This document shows, piece by piece, positions 49,281 to 59,238 of a stretch of DNA of 64,000 nucleotides. The notes under the pieces are model-generated. The model did not search any database and was not told where the DNA came from. It worked only from the letters and a program-made list of their open reading frames with translations. The translations under genes and the position numbers were made by a program. The DNA is from Planctomycetota bacterium (lineage in GTDB: Bacteria > Planctomycetota > UBA1135 > UBA2386), in contig OZ245006.1 of NCBI GenBank assembly GCA_965223545.1, positions 6,976,001 through 7,040,000 on the forward strand. The letters run 5' to 3'. The number at the start of each line of letters is the position of its first letter. Position 1 is the stretch's first letter.

Positions 49281-50707
49281 CGTTGGGCCTCCGCAGCCGC
49301 TTGCAGCTTGTTCTTCCAGCGGCGGGCGGCGGCGCGGACGCGGCTGGGGGCGGTGCCGCCGAGGCAGCGGCGCCGGCTCAAAACGCGGTCGAGGTCGAGC
49401 TCACGGGCGAGATCCGCGTCGAGCTGAGGCAGCAGGCGGGCGCGGTCTTCGGCGGGCAGCTCTTCGATCTCCACCCCCAGCTCGAGCGCGCGGCGGACCG
49501 CGTGGCCGGCCTGCTCGTGGGCGTCGCGGAAGGCGACCCCGCGGTGCACCAAGAGGTCGGCGACGTCGGTGGCGTTCTGGTAACTGGCCGCGGCCGCGGC
49601 GCGGCAGCGCTGCGGCGCGAAGCGAGCACCGCGGACCACGGTCGTGGTCACCGCCAAGCACGCGATGGTCGTGTCCAGCGCGTCGAACAGCGCTTCCTTG
49701 TCTTCCTGCAGGTCCTTGTTGTAGGCCAGTGGCAGTCCCTTGAGCAGCAGCTGCAGCGTGTGCAGCGCGGCGACGACGCGGCCGGCCTTGCCGCGCACCA
49801 GCTCGAGCGCGTCGGGGTTCTTCTTCTGCGGCATCAGGCTGCTGCCGGTGGCCACCGCATCCGAGAGTTCGAGGTAGCCGGCCTCCTGGCTGCAGAAGAA
49901 GATCCAATCCTCGGCGAGCCGCGACAGGTGCAGCATCACCATGCTGGCGACGAACGCCAGCTCGCAGCAGTGGTCGCGGTCGCTGACCGCATCGAGGCTG
50001 TTGGCGGCCGGGGCACGGAAGCCGAGCTGCTTGGCCAGCGCGCGGCGGTCGATCGAGAACGCCGTGCCGGCCAGGGCAGCGCAGCCAAGCGGGCAGGTGT
50101 CCATCCGCGCCGTGGCGTCGCGCAGCCGCTGCCGATCGCGGGCCAGCATCTCGACGTACGCCAGCGCGTGGTGGCCGGCCGTGATCGGCTGGGCGCGCTG
50201 CAGGTGCGTGTAGCCGGGCAGCGGCAGGGCCGCGTCGCGCTCGCCAAGGGCGGCGAGCGCGCGCATGCAGTCGGTCAGCGCCGCGTCGAGGTCGCGGGTC
50301 ACAGTGCGGAGATGGAGCTTGAGGTCGGTGGCGACCTGGTCGTTGCGCGAGCGGCCGGTGTGCAGCTTGCGGCCGAGGTCGCCGACCCGCGCCGTCAGCT
50401 CGGCTTCGACGAAGCTGTGCACGTCCTCGGCGCGGCTGTCGGCCAGCAGGGCTGGCTCCGCCGTGACCGCCGCGCCGATCGCGCGGAGCGCGCGCTGGAG
50501 CTTGACCACCTCGCCGCGGCCGAGCACACCGGCATCGCGCAGGGCGGCGGCCCACGCGGCGCTCGCCTCGAGCTCGGCGTCGAGCAAGCGGGCGTCGACC
50601 GCGAGGCTGCGATTGAACTCCTCGAAGAACGGGTCGAGGCGGCCGGCGAAGCGGCCGCCCCAGAGCTTGGCGGAGCCGGCGGGGTCGTCGTTGCGCGCGC
50701 GGGTCAT
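49277..50707 (-). CDS. argH: Argininosuccinate lyase
   Basis: LWGGRF, HTGRSRNDQ, GYTHLQRAQP, GSSLMPQKKNPD. Confidence 0.97.
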   Translation of the reverse strand: MTRARNDDPAGSAKLWGGRFAGRLDPFFEEFNRSLAVDARLLDAELEASAAWAAALRDAGVLGRGEVVKLQRALRAIGAAVTAEPALLADSRAEDVHSFVEAELTARVGDLGRKLHTGRSRNDQVATDLKLHLRTVTRDLDAALTDCMRALAALGERDAALPLPGYTHLQRAQPITAGHHALAYVEMLARDRQRLRDATARMDTCPLGCAALAGTAFSIDRRALAKQLGFRAPAANSLDAVSDRDHCCELAFVASMVMLHLSRLAEDWIFFCSQEAGYLELSDAVATGSSLMPQKKNPDALELVRGKAGRVVAALHTLQLLLKGLPLAYNKDLQEDKEALFDALDTTIACLAVTTTVVRGARFAPQRCRAAAAASYQNATDVADLLVHRGVAFRDAHEQAGHAVRRALELGVEIEELPAEDRARLLPQLDADLARELDLDRVLSRRRCLGGTAPSRVRAAARRWKNKLQAAAEAQR

Positions 50708-51933
50708 GGCGAGCCCTCTGCGTCGGCGGCGCCGTGCACCGCGGCGGCGACGCGTCCCGGCAGGCCGTAGAGCCGCACGAAGCCGGCGCTGTCCTTCTGG
50801 TCGTAGCCGGCGCTCTTGCCGAAGGTGGCGAGGTCCTCCGAGTAGAGCGACAGCGCGCTGTCCGCGCCCAGGGCGGTGGCGCGGCCCTTGAGCATCTCGA
50901 CCTGCACGGTGCCGGTGACCGGCCGCGCGATCTCGGCGAACAGCGCGTCGAGTGCGACGCGCGCCGGATGGAACCACCGCCCGCTGTAGACCAGATCGGC
51001 GTAGTCCGGCATCAGTCGCTCCGTCAGCCGGGCGGTATCGCGCTCCAGGGTCAGCGCGCGCAGCGCGCGCAGACCCTCGATCAACACGGTGCCCGCCGGC
51101 GTTTCGTACAGGCCGCGCGACTTCATCCCGACCAGGCGGTTTTCGACGATGTCGACGCGGCCGACCCCGTGCGCGGCGGCGCGCGCGTTGAGCCGCTCGA
51201 CGAGCGTCACGGCATCGCACTCTTCGCCGTCGAGCGCGACCGGCACGCCGTGCCGGTAGCCGATCTGCACGACCTCGGCGGTGTCCGGCGCGGCCCCCGG
51301 GTCGACGGTCAGCATCCAAGCATCGGCCGGCGGCGGCGCCGTCGGGTCCTCGATGCGACCGCCCTCGTGACTGATGTGCCAGAGGTTGCGGTCGCGGGAG
51401 TAGATCTTGGAGCGGCTCTGGGCCACCGGGATGTCGTGCGCGGCGGCGTAGTCCAGGGCGTCTTCGCGGCTCTCGATGTGCCAGTCGCGCCACGGCGCGA
51501 TGACCTCGAGGGTCGGCGCCAGCGCTTGGTAGCCGAGCTCGAACCGGACTTGGTCGTTGCCCTTGCCGGTGCAGCCGTGCGCCAGGGCGCCGGCGCCGAC
51601 CTCGCGGGCGTAGCGCACCTGCCCCTGCGCCAACACCGGCCGGGCCATGCTGGTGCCGAGCAGGTAGCGCCCCTCGTACACCGCCATCGCCCGCAAGCAC
51701 GGCCAGACGGCGTCCAGCAGGAAGGCGCTGCGCAGGTCCTCGACCCGGCACGAGGCCGCGCCGCTGCGCAGTGCCTTCTGCTCCAGGCCCTCGAGCTCTT
51801 CGGCGCCCTGGCCGACGTCGCCGGCGTAGCAGTGCACCTCCAAGCCGCGCTGCTCGCGCAGCCAGGGGATGATGATCGAGGTGTCGAGGCCGCCGGAGTA
51901 GGCGAGCACGACCTTCTTGTCGGCGCCGCTCAC
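50704..51933 (-). CDS. argG: Argininosuccinate synthase
   Basis: LAYSGGLDTS, HGCTGKGNDQVRFE, ENRLVGMKSRG. Confidence 0.97.
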   Translation of the reverse strand: MSGADKKVVLAYSGGLDTSIIIPWLREQRGLEVHCYAGDVGQGAEELEGLEQKALRSGAASCRVEDLRSAFLLDAVWPCLRAMAVYEGRYLLGTSMARPVLAQGQVRYAREVGAGALAHGCTGKGNDQVRFELGYQALAPTLEVIAPWRDWHIESREDALDYAAAHDIPVAQSRSKIYSRDRNLWHISHEGGRIEDPTAPPPADAWMLTVDPGAAPDTAEVVQIGYRHGVPVALDGEECDAVTLVERLNARAAAHGVGRVDIVENRLVGMKSRGLYETPAGTVLIEGLRALRALTLERDTARLTERLMPDYADLVYSGRWFHPARVALDALFAEIARPVTGTVQVEMLKGRATALGADSALSLYSEDLATFGKSAGYDQKDSAGFVRLYGLPGRVAAAVHGAADAEGSP

Positions 51934-52889
51934 GACCGCGCCTCTCCGCTGCCGAGCAGCAGCACCAGGATCGCCTTCTGCACGTGCAGACGGTTCTCGG
52001 CGGTGTCGAACACCGCCGAACGCGGGCTGTCGAGGACCGCGGCGGTGACCTCGGCGCCGCGGTGCGCCGGCAGGCAGTGCATGAACAGTGCCTCGCCCTT
52101 GGCGCACGCCATCAGCTCTTCGTTGACCTGATGGTGCTCGAAAGCGGCGTTGCGCTCCTCGATCTCACCCTCCTGCCCCATGCTCGCCCACACGTCGGTG
52201 TAGATCGCGTCGGCGTTGTGCACGGCGGCCTTTGGCTCGTGCTCGAGGACGAGCTCCGCGCCGCTGGTGCGCGCGGTGTGCATCGCCTCGTTGACGACTT
52301 TGGCGTTGGGCTCGTAGCCCTCGGGCGTGCACACGGTCATGTGCACGCCGAGTGCGGCGGCGGTGTAGATCAACGAGTGGCAGGTGTTGTTGCCGTCGCC
52401 GACGTAGACCAGCTTGCGGCCGCGGGCATCGCCCCACTTCTCGCTGAGGGTGAAGAAGTCGGTCAGCGCCTGGCAGGGGTGCAGGAAGTCGGTCAAGCCG
52501 TTGATGACGGGGATCGAGCAGTGTGCCGCGACCTCTTCGACCGCCTTGTGCTTGAAGGTCCGCAGCACGACGACGTCGACCCAGCGCTCGAGATTGCGGG
52601 CCACGTCGCGCAGCGCCTCGCGGCTGCCGATCCGCGCGTCGCGGTGGTCGAGGAACACGCAGCGTCCGCCGAGCTCCTGCATGCCGATGTCGAACGTGAA
52701 CCGCGTGCGCAGGCTGTCCTTCTCGAAGATCATCGCCAGGCGTTTTCGCGCCAGCAGGTCGGTGTAGTGGTCGCGGCCCTCCTTGAGCGCGCGCGCGGTG
52801 GCGAAGACGGTGTCGATGTCTTCAGCGGAGAGCTGGGCGACGGACAGCAGGTCCTTGTGCGGAAGGCGGCCGAAGGGCGACTGGCTCAT
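51930..52889 (-). CDS. argF: Ornithine carbamoyltransferase
   Basis: SLRTR, HPCQ, WASMG, HCLP. Confidence 0.95.
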   Translation of the reverse strand: MSQSPFGRLPHKDLLSVAQLSAEDIDTVFATARALKEGRDHYTDLLARKRLAMIFEKDSLRTRFTFDIGMQELGGRCVFLDHRDARIGSREALRDVARNLERWVDVVVLRTFKHKAVEEVAAHCSIPVINGLTDFLHPCQALTDFFTLSEKWGDARGRKLVYVGDGNNTCHSLIYTAAALGVHMTVCTPEGYEPNAKVVNEAMHTARTSGAELVLEHEPKAAVHNADAIYTDVWASMGQEGEIEERNAAFEHHQVNEELMACAKGEALFMHCLPAHRGAEVTAAVLDSPRSAVFDTAENRLHVQKAILVLLLGSGEARS

Positions 52890-54061
52890 GACGCGTTCTC
52901 TGGCAAGGCGGCGAGAGTGCCATCGAGGATGGCGAGGCCGCGGTCGATCTGTTCTGCGGTGATCACGTATGGGGGAAGGAAGCGCAGCACGTTGCCGGCG
53001 GTGGCATTGGCGACGACGCCGCGCTCCAGCAGCGTGCGCTGCACCGGGCCGGCGTCGCGGTCGAGCGCGATGCCCAGCATCAGGCCGCGGCCGCGCACCT
53101 CGTCGATGCAGGGGTGTTGCGCGGCGAGCCGCTCGAGGCCGCGCCGCAGCTGGGCTCCGCGTTCGACGACGGCGTCTTGCAGGCCACCTTCGAGCGCGGC
53201 CAAGAACACCGTCGCCGCGCGGCAGGCGAGCGGCCCGCCGCCGAAGGTCGAGCCGTGATCGCCGGGCTGCAGGACGTCGCGCAACGGCGCGGCGACGACG
53301 GTAGCGCTCAGCGGTAGGCCGGCGGCGAGCGGCTTGGCCAGGGTGGCGATGTCGGGGCGCACGTCGGCGTGCTCGGCGGCCAGGAAGGTGCCGGTGCGGC
53401 CGCAGCCGCTCTGCACCTCGTCGTGGATCAACACGGTGCCGGTGTCGTCACACAGTCGGCGTGCGGCCCGCAGGTAGTCGTCGGGCAACGGGCGGATCCC
53501 GCTCTCGCCCTGGATCGGCTCGAGGATCAGCGCGGCGGGAGCGGTGGCCAGGGCTTGCTCGAGCGCGGCCCGGTCGGCGAACGGCACGAAGTGGGTGTCC
53601 GGCACCAGCGGCGCGAAGGGCTCGCGGTACGGGGCGTGCGCGGTCACCGACAGGGCGCCCATGGTGCGGCCGTGGAAGCCGCCCTCCAGCGCGACGAACG
53701 CGGTGCGCTGCGGCGCGCCGCGCTGCCGCTGGTACTTGCGGGCGATCTTCAGGGCGGCCTCGTTGGCCTCGGCGCCGCTGTTGGCGAAGAACACCGCGGC
53801 CAGCCCGGTCAGTGCGGCCAGGCGATTGGCGACCGCCTCGCTGTACGGGTGCGGAAACAGGTTGCTGGTGTGGAGCAGCGCGCCGACTTGGTCGCGCAGC
53901 GCCTCGGTCAGCGCGGGATGGGCATGGCCGAGGGCGGAGACGGCGATGCCGCTGAAGAAGTCGAGCGCCTCGCCGCCGTCCGCGGTGCGCAGCACGGCGC
54001 CGTCGCCGGCGACGAAGGCGACTTTGGAGCGGACGTAGGTGGGCAGCACGTGCGGTTCCAT
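52886..54061 (-). CDS. argD: Acetylornithine aminotransferase
   Basis: NSGAEANE, FHGRT, EPIQGE, DEVQSG, HGSTFGG. Confidence 0.94.
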   Translation of the reverse strand: MEPHVLPTYVRSKVAFVAGDGAVLRTADGGEALDFFSGIAVSALGHAHPALTEALRDQVGALLHTSNLFPHPYSEAVANRLAALTGLAAVFFANSGAEANEAALKIARKYQRQRGAPQRTAFVALEGGFHGRTMGALSVTAHAPYREPFAPLVPDTHFVPFADRAALEQALATAPAALILEPIQGESGIRPLPDDYLRAARRLCDDTGTVLIHDEVQSGCGRTGTFLAAEHADVRPDIATLAKPLAAGLPLSATVVAAPLRDVLQPGDHGSTFGGGPLACRAATVFLAALEGGLQDAVVERGAQLRRGLERLAAQHPCIDEVRGRGLMLGIALDRDAGPVQRTLLERGVVANATAGNVLRFLPPYVITAEQIDRGLAILDGTLAALPENAS

Positions 54062-54094
54062 GGCGTAGAGCGGTCGTGGGGTCGGGAGCAGTCG

Positions 54095-54913
54095 TCAGGC
54101 GCGGTCGGTGGCCGAGGCGGCGGCGATGCGCGTTCCGCAGTCGGGGCGCAGTGCCCGAGCGATGGCGTCTTCGCCGTTGGCGCTGGCGATCACCACCAGC
54201 GCGACGCCGTGGATGGCGTGCGCGTCGCGCGCGGCGGCGATCTTGGGCAGCATGCCGCCGCGGATGACTCCGGTGCCCCGCAGCGCGTCTTCGCCGCGCG
54301 GATCGAGCTGGCGGACCGGCTGGCCGTCGCCGTCGAGGACGGCGTCGACGTCGCTCAAGAACAGCACGGCGTCGGCGTCGAGCGCCGCCGCCAGCGGACC
54401 GGCGGCCATGTCGGCGTTGATGTTGTAGAGCTGGTCGCGCGGGCCCGGCAATCCGGTTGCCAGCGGCGCGACGGTGGCGACCACCGGCACCAGCCTCGCC
54501 TGCCACAGCGAGCGCAGCAGGTGCGGCTCGACGCGGTGTACCGCGCCGACGTAGCCGAGGTCGGCGCCGCCGGGCCGGTGCACGCGCGCGGTCATGCAGG
54601 ACCCGTCGGCGCCGCACACCCCGACCGCGCCGACACCCGCCGCCGTCAGCGCGGCCACCAGCTGTTTGTTGACCTGGCCGGCCAACACCGCGGTGGCGAC
54701 CTCGGCGGTGGCGGCGTCGGTCACCCGCAGGCCGTCGACGTAGCGCTGCGGCAGGGCCAGACGGCCGGCCAGGGCACGGATCTGATTGCCGCCGCCGTGC
54801 ACCAGCAGCAGCTCGTGCCCGCGCGAGCGCGCGCCCGCGACCGCCCGCGCCAGGCAAGCCCGGGCCGCCGGTTGCTCCAGCTGGGCACCGCCGATCTTCA
54901 CGACCAGCCTCAT
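54095..54913 (-). CDS. argB: Acetylglutamate kinase
   Basis: VKIGG, VHGGG, GLRVTD, NINAD, GGMLPK. Confidence 0.94.
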   Translation of the reverse strand: MRLVVKIGGAQLEQPAARACLARAVAGARSRGHELLLVHGGGNQIRALAGRLALPQRYVDGLRVTDAATAEVATAVLAGQVNKQLVAALTAAGVGAVGVCGADGSCMTARVHRPGGADLGYVGAVHRVEPHLLRSLWQARLVPVVATVAPLATGLPGPRDQLYNINADMAAGPLAAALDADAVLFLSDVDAVLDGDGQPVRQLDPRGEDALRGTGVIRGGMLPKIAAARDAHAIHGVALVVIASANGEDAIARALRPDCGTRIAAASATDRA

Positions 54914-55932
54914 GGTGACCCCGCCGGGCCGAGGCCCGCGCTCGTCAGTCCCATCGTCTCGGGCAGGCCGAGCAGCACGTTCAGGTTCTGCACCGCCTGG
55001 CCGGCGGCACCCTTGCCGAGGTTGTCGATCGCGGCGACGACCACCACGCGGTCGCCGGCATCGGCGGCGCCGATGTCGCAGAAGTTGGTGTGCTGCACGC
55101 GGTCGAGGCTGGGGGTGCCGGTCGGATAGACCCGCACGAAGGGCTCGGCGGCGTAGTGTTCGTCGAGGTGCGCCAGCATCGCCGCGGCGTCGACGCCCGG
55201 CGCCGGGGCCAAGTACAGCGTCGTCAACATGCCGCGGAACAGCGGCAGCAAGTGCGGCACGAACACGATGCGGTCGGTGCCGGCCCGGGCGTGGATCTCC
55301 GGCGTGTGGCGGTGCGTGCCGATGCCGTAGGCGCTGCAGTTGTCGTGCACATTGCCGTAGACCGTGCGCTCGCTCGGGGTCTTGCCGGCGCCGGAGACGC
55401 CGCTCTTGGCATCGGCGATGATCGGGACATCGGGGGCGAGGAGGTCGCTGTGCAACAGCGGCAGCAGCGGCAGGAGGATCGAGGTGGGGTAGCAGCCGGG
55501 GTTGGCGATCAAGCGGCCCCCTTTGACCGCGGTGCGGTAGTGCTCGGTCAGACCGTAGACGGCGTCGTCGAGCAGCTCTGGCGCGGCGTGCGGCTGGCCG
55601 TAGTGCGCGGCGTAGAGATCCGCATCGCGCAGGCGGAAATCGGCCGACAGGTCGACGACCTTGCAGTCGTGTTCGAGTGCCGCCCGCACCAGCGGCACCG
55701 CGGCGCCGTGCGGGGCGCAGACGATGGCGGCGTCCACGTACTGCAGGTCCGACAGCCGCAGGGGTTCGACCGCGGCATCGTACGGCAGGTCGGGTGGTGG
55801 TGGCGTGTAGTCGGTCCGCGCGGTGGTCGTCAGGTCGACCTGTACTCCGGGATGGCGGTGCAGCAGGCTGCGGACTTCGCGGCCGGTGTAACCGGAAGCG
55901 CCGACGATCGCGATGCGCGGGGTGCGCGTCAT
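54910..55932 (-). CDS. argC: N-acetyl-gamma-glutamyl-phosphate reductase
   Basis: [39 protein letters not shown]. Confidence 0.96.
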   Translation of the reverse strand: MTRTPRIAIVGASGYTGREVRSLLHRHPGVQVDLTTTARTDYTPPPPDLPYDAAVEPLRLSDLQYVDAAIVCAPHGAAVPLVRAALEHDCKVVDLSADFRLRDADLYAAHYGQPHAAPELLDDAVYGLTEHYRTAVKGGRLIANPGCYPTSILLPLLPLLHSDLLAPDVPIIADAKSGVSGAGKTPSERTVYGNVHDNCSAYGIGTHRHTPEIHARAGTDRIVFVPHLLPLFRGMLTTLYLAPAPGVDAAAMLAHLDEHYAAEPFVRVYPTGTPSLDRVQHTNFCDIGAADAGDRVVVVAAIDNLGKGAAGQAVQNLNVLLGLPETMGLTSAGLGPAGSP

Positions 55933-56381
55933 GCTGTCCTTCCCATGTGCGCGAGCTGCCGTTGCAGCTGCGTCGCCTGCCGCGTGCCCGTGCAGATCAC
56001 GAGGACCGTGTCGTCCCCGGCGATGGTGCCCAACACACCCGTCAGGGCGGCGCGGTCGAGGGCCAGTGCCAGCGGCTGGGCGCCGCCGGGCGGCGTGCGC
56101 AATACCAGCTGGTTGAGCGCCCGGGCGGCGGACAACAGCCACTCCTGCGTGCTGTGCCGCAAACCGGCGCGCGGGCCGCTCGGTGCCGGGCCGTCTTGCG
56201 GCAGCTCGTAGCCGTCGGGTCCCTTGCGCACGCCGAGCGCGCGCAGGTCGCGCGACAGCGTCGCCTGGTTGACGGCGTGGCCTTGGCGGGCGAGCCGCTC
56301 GCGCAGCTCGCCCTGGCTGTGCACGTGACCGCGCTGCAACAGGCTCTGGATGGCGTCGTGCCGCTGCTCTCGGCTGGGCAT
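55929..56381 (-). CDS. argR: Arginine repressor
   Basis: QATLSRDL and GTIAGDDT. Confidence 0.94.
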   Translation of the reverse strand: MPSREQRHDAIQSLLQRGHVHSQGELRERLARQGHAVNQATLSRDLRALGVRKGPDGYELPQDGPAPSGPRAGLRHSTQEWLLSAARALNQLVLRTPPGGAQPLALALDRAALTGVLGTIAGDDTVLVICTGTRQATQLQRQLAHMGRTA

Positions 56382-56414
56382 GGAGGTGCGCGATCTTGCG
56401 CCAATTCACATTCT

Positions 56415-56432
56415 TATGCAAGTAAATGCATA
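56415..56432. promoter_or_regulatory. ARG box (ArgR operator)
   Basis: Near-palindrome TATGCAAGTAAATGCATA in an AT-rich island 33 nt upstream of argR; resembles the TGNAT-W4-ATNCA consensus. Confidence 0.75.
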
Positions 56433-56484
56433 AAATTGTGTCAGCTGGCGCGCTGCCACGTGCCTGTCAAAGGGCGCGTGGGGG

Positions 56485-57642
56485 TCAACCGGGCCCCGGG
56501 ATTCGCAACCGCTCCCACGCGGCCGCGATCTCGCGGGCCGCCAGGCGATGCCCGGCGGCGTTGAAGTGGACGTCGAGGTAGAGGTGCTGTTGCGCGGCGG
56601 TCGCGCGGCGAAAGGCCGGCGTCAGATCCAGCATCGCCACGCCGTGTCGATCCCCCCAGGAGCGCAGCGCCTGGTTGGCCTTGTCGAGATCGAAGGTGGC
56701 GGCGTCGAGGCCGCAGCGGTCCACGACGATCTTCCAGAGGGCGGGGTGGTACTGGTACGGGCCCGGCAGCAGCACGACGAGCAGGGGAAGCTCGGCCTCC
56801 CGGCAAGCGCTTGCCAGGCGCTCGAGCTGCGCCGTCGTCGCGGCAAACGCGGCCTCGGCGCGCGGCGACCAAGTGCGGTCGAACATGGCGGCGCTGAACG
56901 CCGGGTCCCAGTCGAGCGCGGCGCAGAAACGCCGCTCCAGCTCCTGTTCGTCGGCGAGCGGGGCTCCGCCCAGGCCGCGCATCAGGAGCTGCACGGCGTG
57001 GCTGTGGATCACGACGGCGGCCTTGAGGGTGAGCCACCACGCCGGGTTGTCGCGGTCGACGGTGACGAGCACGCCGCTGCGCGCGGTCAACGTGCCGAAC
57101 TCCTCGGTGTGGTTGTCGCGAAAGTCGTTGCCCAAGTACAGCCCCAGAACGACCGCATCGGCGTCGAGCGCGGCGCGGTCGGCTTCGAGGAGGGCCGCCG
57201 CGTTGTGGGTGCCGTAGCCGGGTGCGCCGCAGTTGATCACCTCGACCGACCGGCCGCCCCGGGCGGCGAGTTCGGCGGCCAACAGCGCCGGATAGGCCTC
57301 GCCGGCCTCCACTCCGGAGCCGAAGCAGAACGAGTCGCCGAGTGCGGCGACGCGGAGGCCATCCGCCACAGCCGCCGTGCTCGGTGCGCTGCGGTAGCCG
57401 CGCGCGTCGACGCGGATCTCGATGTCGAAGTGCTCGGTGCGGTGTCGCGTGTCGATGCCCGGCCGCAGTCGATACTGCGTGTGCGGGTCGGAGATGAACA
57501 GATCGGGTGGGTAGCCGCCCGGCGGGGGCTCCCACAGCAGTCGCACCAGCAGCTCGCAGAGCAACAGTGCGGCGACGATCGCCGCGGTGGCGGTGAGCAG
57601 CCGGAGGCGCCGGCGCGGACGGGGAGCAGGTGGGGACGTCAT
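56485..57642 (-). CDS. Membrane-anchored SGNH/GDSL hydrolase
   Basis: GDSFCFG, NCGAPGY, GNDF, DVHFNAAGH. Confidence 0.85.
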   Translation of the reverse strand: MTSPPAPRPRRRLRLLTATAAIVAALLLCELLVRLLWEPPPGGYPPDLFISDPHTQYRLRPGIDTRHRTEHFDIEIRVDARGYRSAPSTAAVADGLRVAALGDSFCFGSGVEAGEAYPALLAAELAARGGRSVEVINCGAPGYGTHNAAALLEADRAALDADAVVLGLYLGNDFRDNHTEEFGTLTARSGVLVTVDRDNPAWWLTLKAAVVIHSHAVQLLMRGLGGAPLADEQELERRFCAALDWDPAFSAAMFDRTWSPRAEAAFAATTAQLERLASACREAELPLLVVLLPGPYQYHPALWKIVVDRCGLDAATFDLDKANQALRSWGDRHGVAMLDLTPAFRRATAAQQHLYLDVHFNAAGHRLAAREIAAAWERLRIPGPG

Positions 57643-57670
57643 CGACGGGCCGGGGCGCAGGGGGCGCGCC

Positions 57671-58330
57671 TCAGCCGCGCAGGTGGCGGTCGAAGTGGGC
57701 CAGCGTCTGCTGCCAGGCGTCGACCGCTGCGGCCTCGTGGTAGGCCTCGGGCCGCGTGTCGTTGAAGAACGCGTGGCCGGCACCGGGGTATACGGTCACG
57801 CTGGTGTCCGCGCCGGCAGCGGCCTGATCGGCCGCCCACGCCTGCGCATCGGGCACCGAGAAGAAGTCCTCGTGCTCGCCGAAAAAGACCCGCGTCGGCG
57901 CGCAGTCGCCGCTCACCGCGGCGCGGTCCGGCGGGAAGCCGTAGAACGCGCAGGCGGCGTCGACGCCGGCGTGCTTGGCAGCCAGCACGGTCAGCGCCCC
58001 GCCCATGCAAAAGCCGACCGCGCCGACCTTGGCGCAGCCGCGCGCGCGCAGCGCGGCCACCGCCCCACCGATCTCGGCCACCGCGCGGTCCCAGTCGAGC
58101 CCCTCCATCAGGTGCTGCGCTTCCTCGGCTTCTACCGTGCTCTTGCCGTGGTAGAGGTCGGGCGCCAGCGCGGCGTAGCCGACGCCGGCAAACCGCGCGC
58201 ACACGTCCTCGATGTGGGGCACCAGCCCCCACCATTCCTGGATGACGACGATCCCGGTGCCGGTCTCGGTGGTGGGAGTGGCGAGGTGCCCGGTTGCCGC
58301 GCCGTCGAGGAACTGGATCGTCTGGCTCAT
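57671..58330 (-). CDS. Dienelactone hydrolase family protein
   Basis: QEWWGL, GFCMGG, GHAFFN. Confidence 0.92.
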   Translation of the reverse strand: MSQTIQFLDGAATGHLATPTTETGTGIVVIQEWWGLVPHIEDVCARFAGVGYAALAPDLYHGKSTVEAEEAQHLMEGLDWDRAVAEIGGAVAALRARGCAKVGAVGFCMGGALTVLAAKHAGVDAACAFYGFPPDRAAVSGDCAPTRVFFGEHEDFFSVPDAQAWAADQAAAGADTSVTVYPGAGHAFFNDTRPEAYHEAAAVDAWQQTLAHFDRHLRG

Positions 58331-58349
58331 GGATCGACGTCTCGCAGGC

Positions 58350-59045
58350 TCAGTCGTTGTTGAGGCTGCCGAGCAGGTGCAGCAGGTTCTGGAACAGCAG
58401 GATGACGCTGACGAACAGAGCGATCGCCGCCGGTATGTGCGCCGTCGTCGGGTAGTGCCGGAGGATGCGGCTGGTGTCGTACAGGATGTAGCCGGAGAAC
58501 AGCAGCACGCCGGCGGCCGAGCCCCACAGACCGGTGTTGAAGCCGAACAGCCAACCCGCGATCGAGACGCCGATCAGGGCGAACAGTCCGATCGCCAGCG
58601 CGCCGCGCAGGAAGGAGAAGTCCCTGCCGCTGAGAAACACGAACGCGGTCAACCCGCTGAACACCAGGGTGGTCACCAGCGCGGCTTGGGTGAGGATGTT
58701 GGCACCCGTCGCTGCGTAGTAGAGCACCGGAGGCGCCAGCAACAGGCCGAACAAGACGGTGTAGGCGAAGTAGGCGACGACGTTGATCGGCGACTTCTCT
58801 GCCACCCGGTGCACGACGAAGCCCGCACCGAACAAGATCGCGATGAACAGGAGTGGGCCACCCCGGTAGATGTTGATCGCGAGTTCCTGCGCTTGCGGGA
58901 TGCTGGCCACGGCCCAGAGCGTCGCCGCGAAGCTGAAGATGCCGGCCAGCAGCCAAGAGTAGGTGCGTTGCAGGAAAGCGGCGCGTTCGTCCGCAGCAGC
59001 GCTGGCTGCGGCGACGTGGTGGAGGGAATGCGGGTTGTCGTGCAT
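58350..59045 (-). CDS. Bax inhibitor-1/YccA family membrane protein
   Basis: ~7 TM helices, RDFSFL, ILYDTS. Confidence 0.88.
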   Translation of the reverse strand: MHDNPHSLHHVAAASAAADERAAFLQRTYSWLLAGIFSFAATLWAVASIPQAQELAINIYRGGPLLFIAILFGAGFVVHRVAEKSPINVVAYFAYTVLFGLLLAPPVLYYAATGANILTQAALVTTLVFSGLTAFVFLSGRDFSFLRGALAIGLFALIGVSIAGWLFGFNTGLWGSAAGVLLFSGYILYDTSRILRHYPTTAHIPAAIALFVSVILLFQNLLHLLGSLNND

Positions 59046-59238
59046 CGGTCGCCCTTGGATTCGGGGTTCTCCTATCGAAACTGCAGAAGTGCAAGATATG
59101 GCGTCCGCCCGCCAGTGCAACGACAACCCGCTGGCAGCGCGGGGTCGTGGTTCGGCGGAGGGCTGAGAACAGCGATTGCTTCAAGTCGGAGCGCGGTGCA
59201 CTCCGATCGCCTCGTCACACCTGGGAGTCGACAACGAC

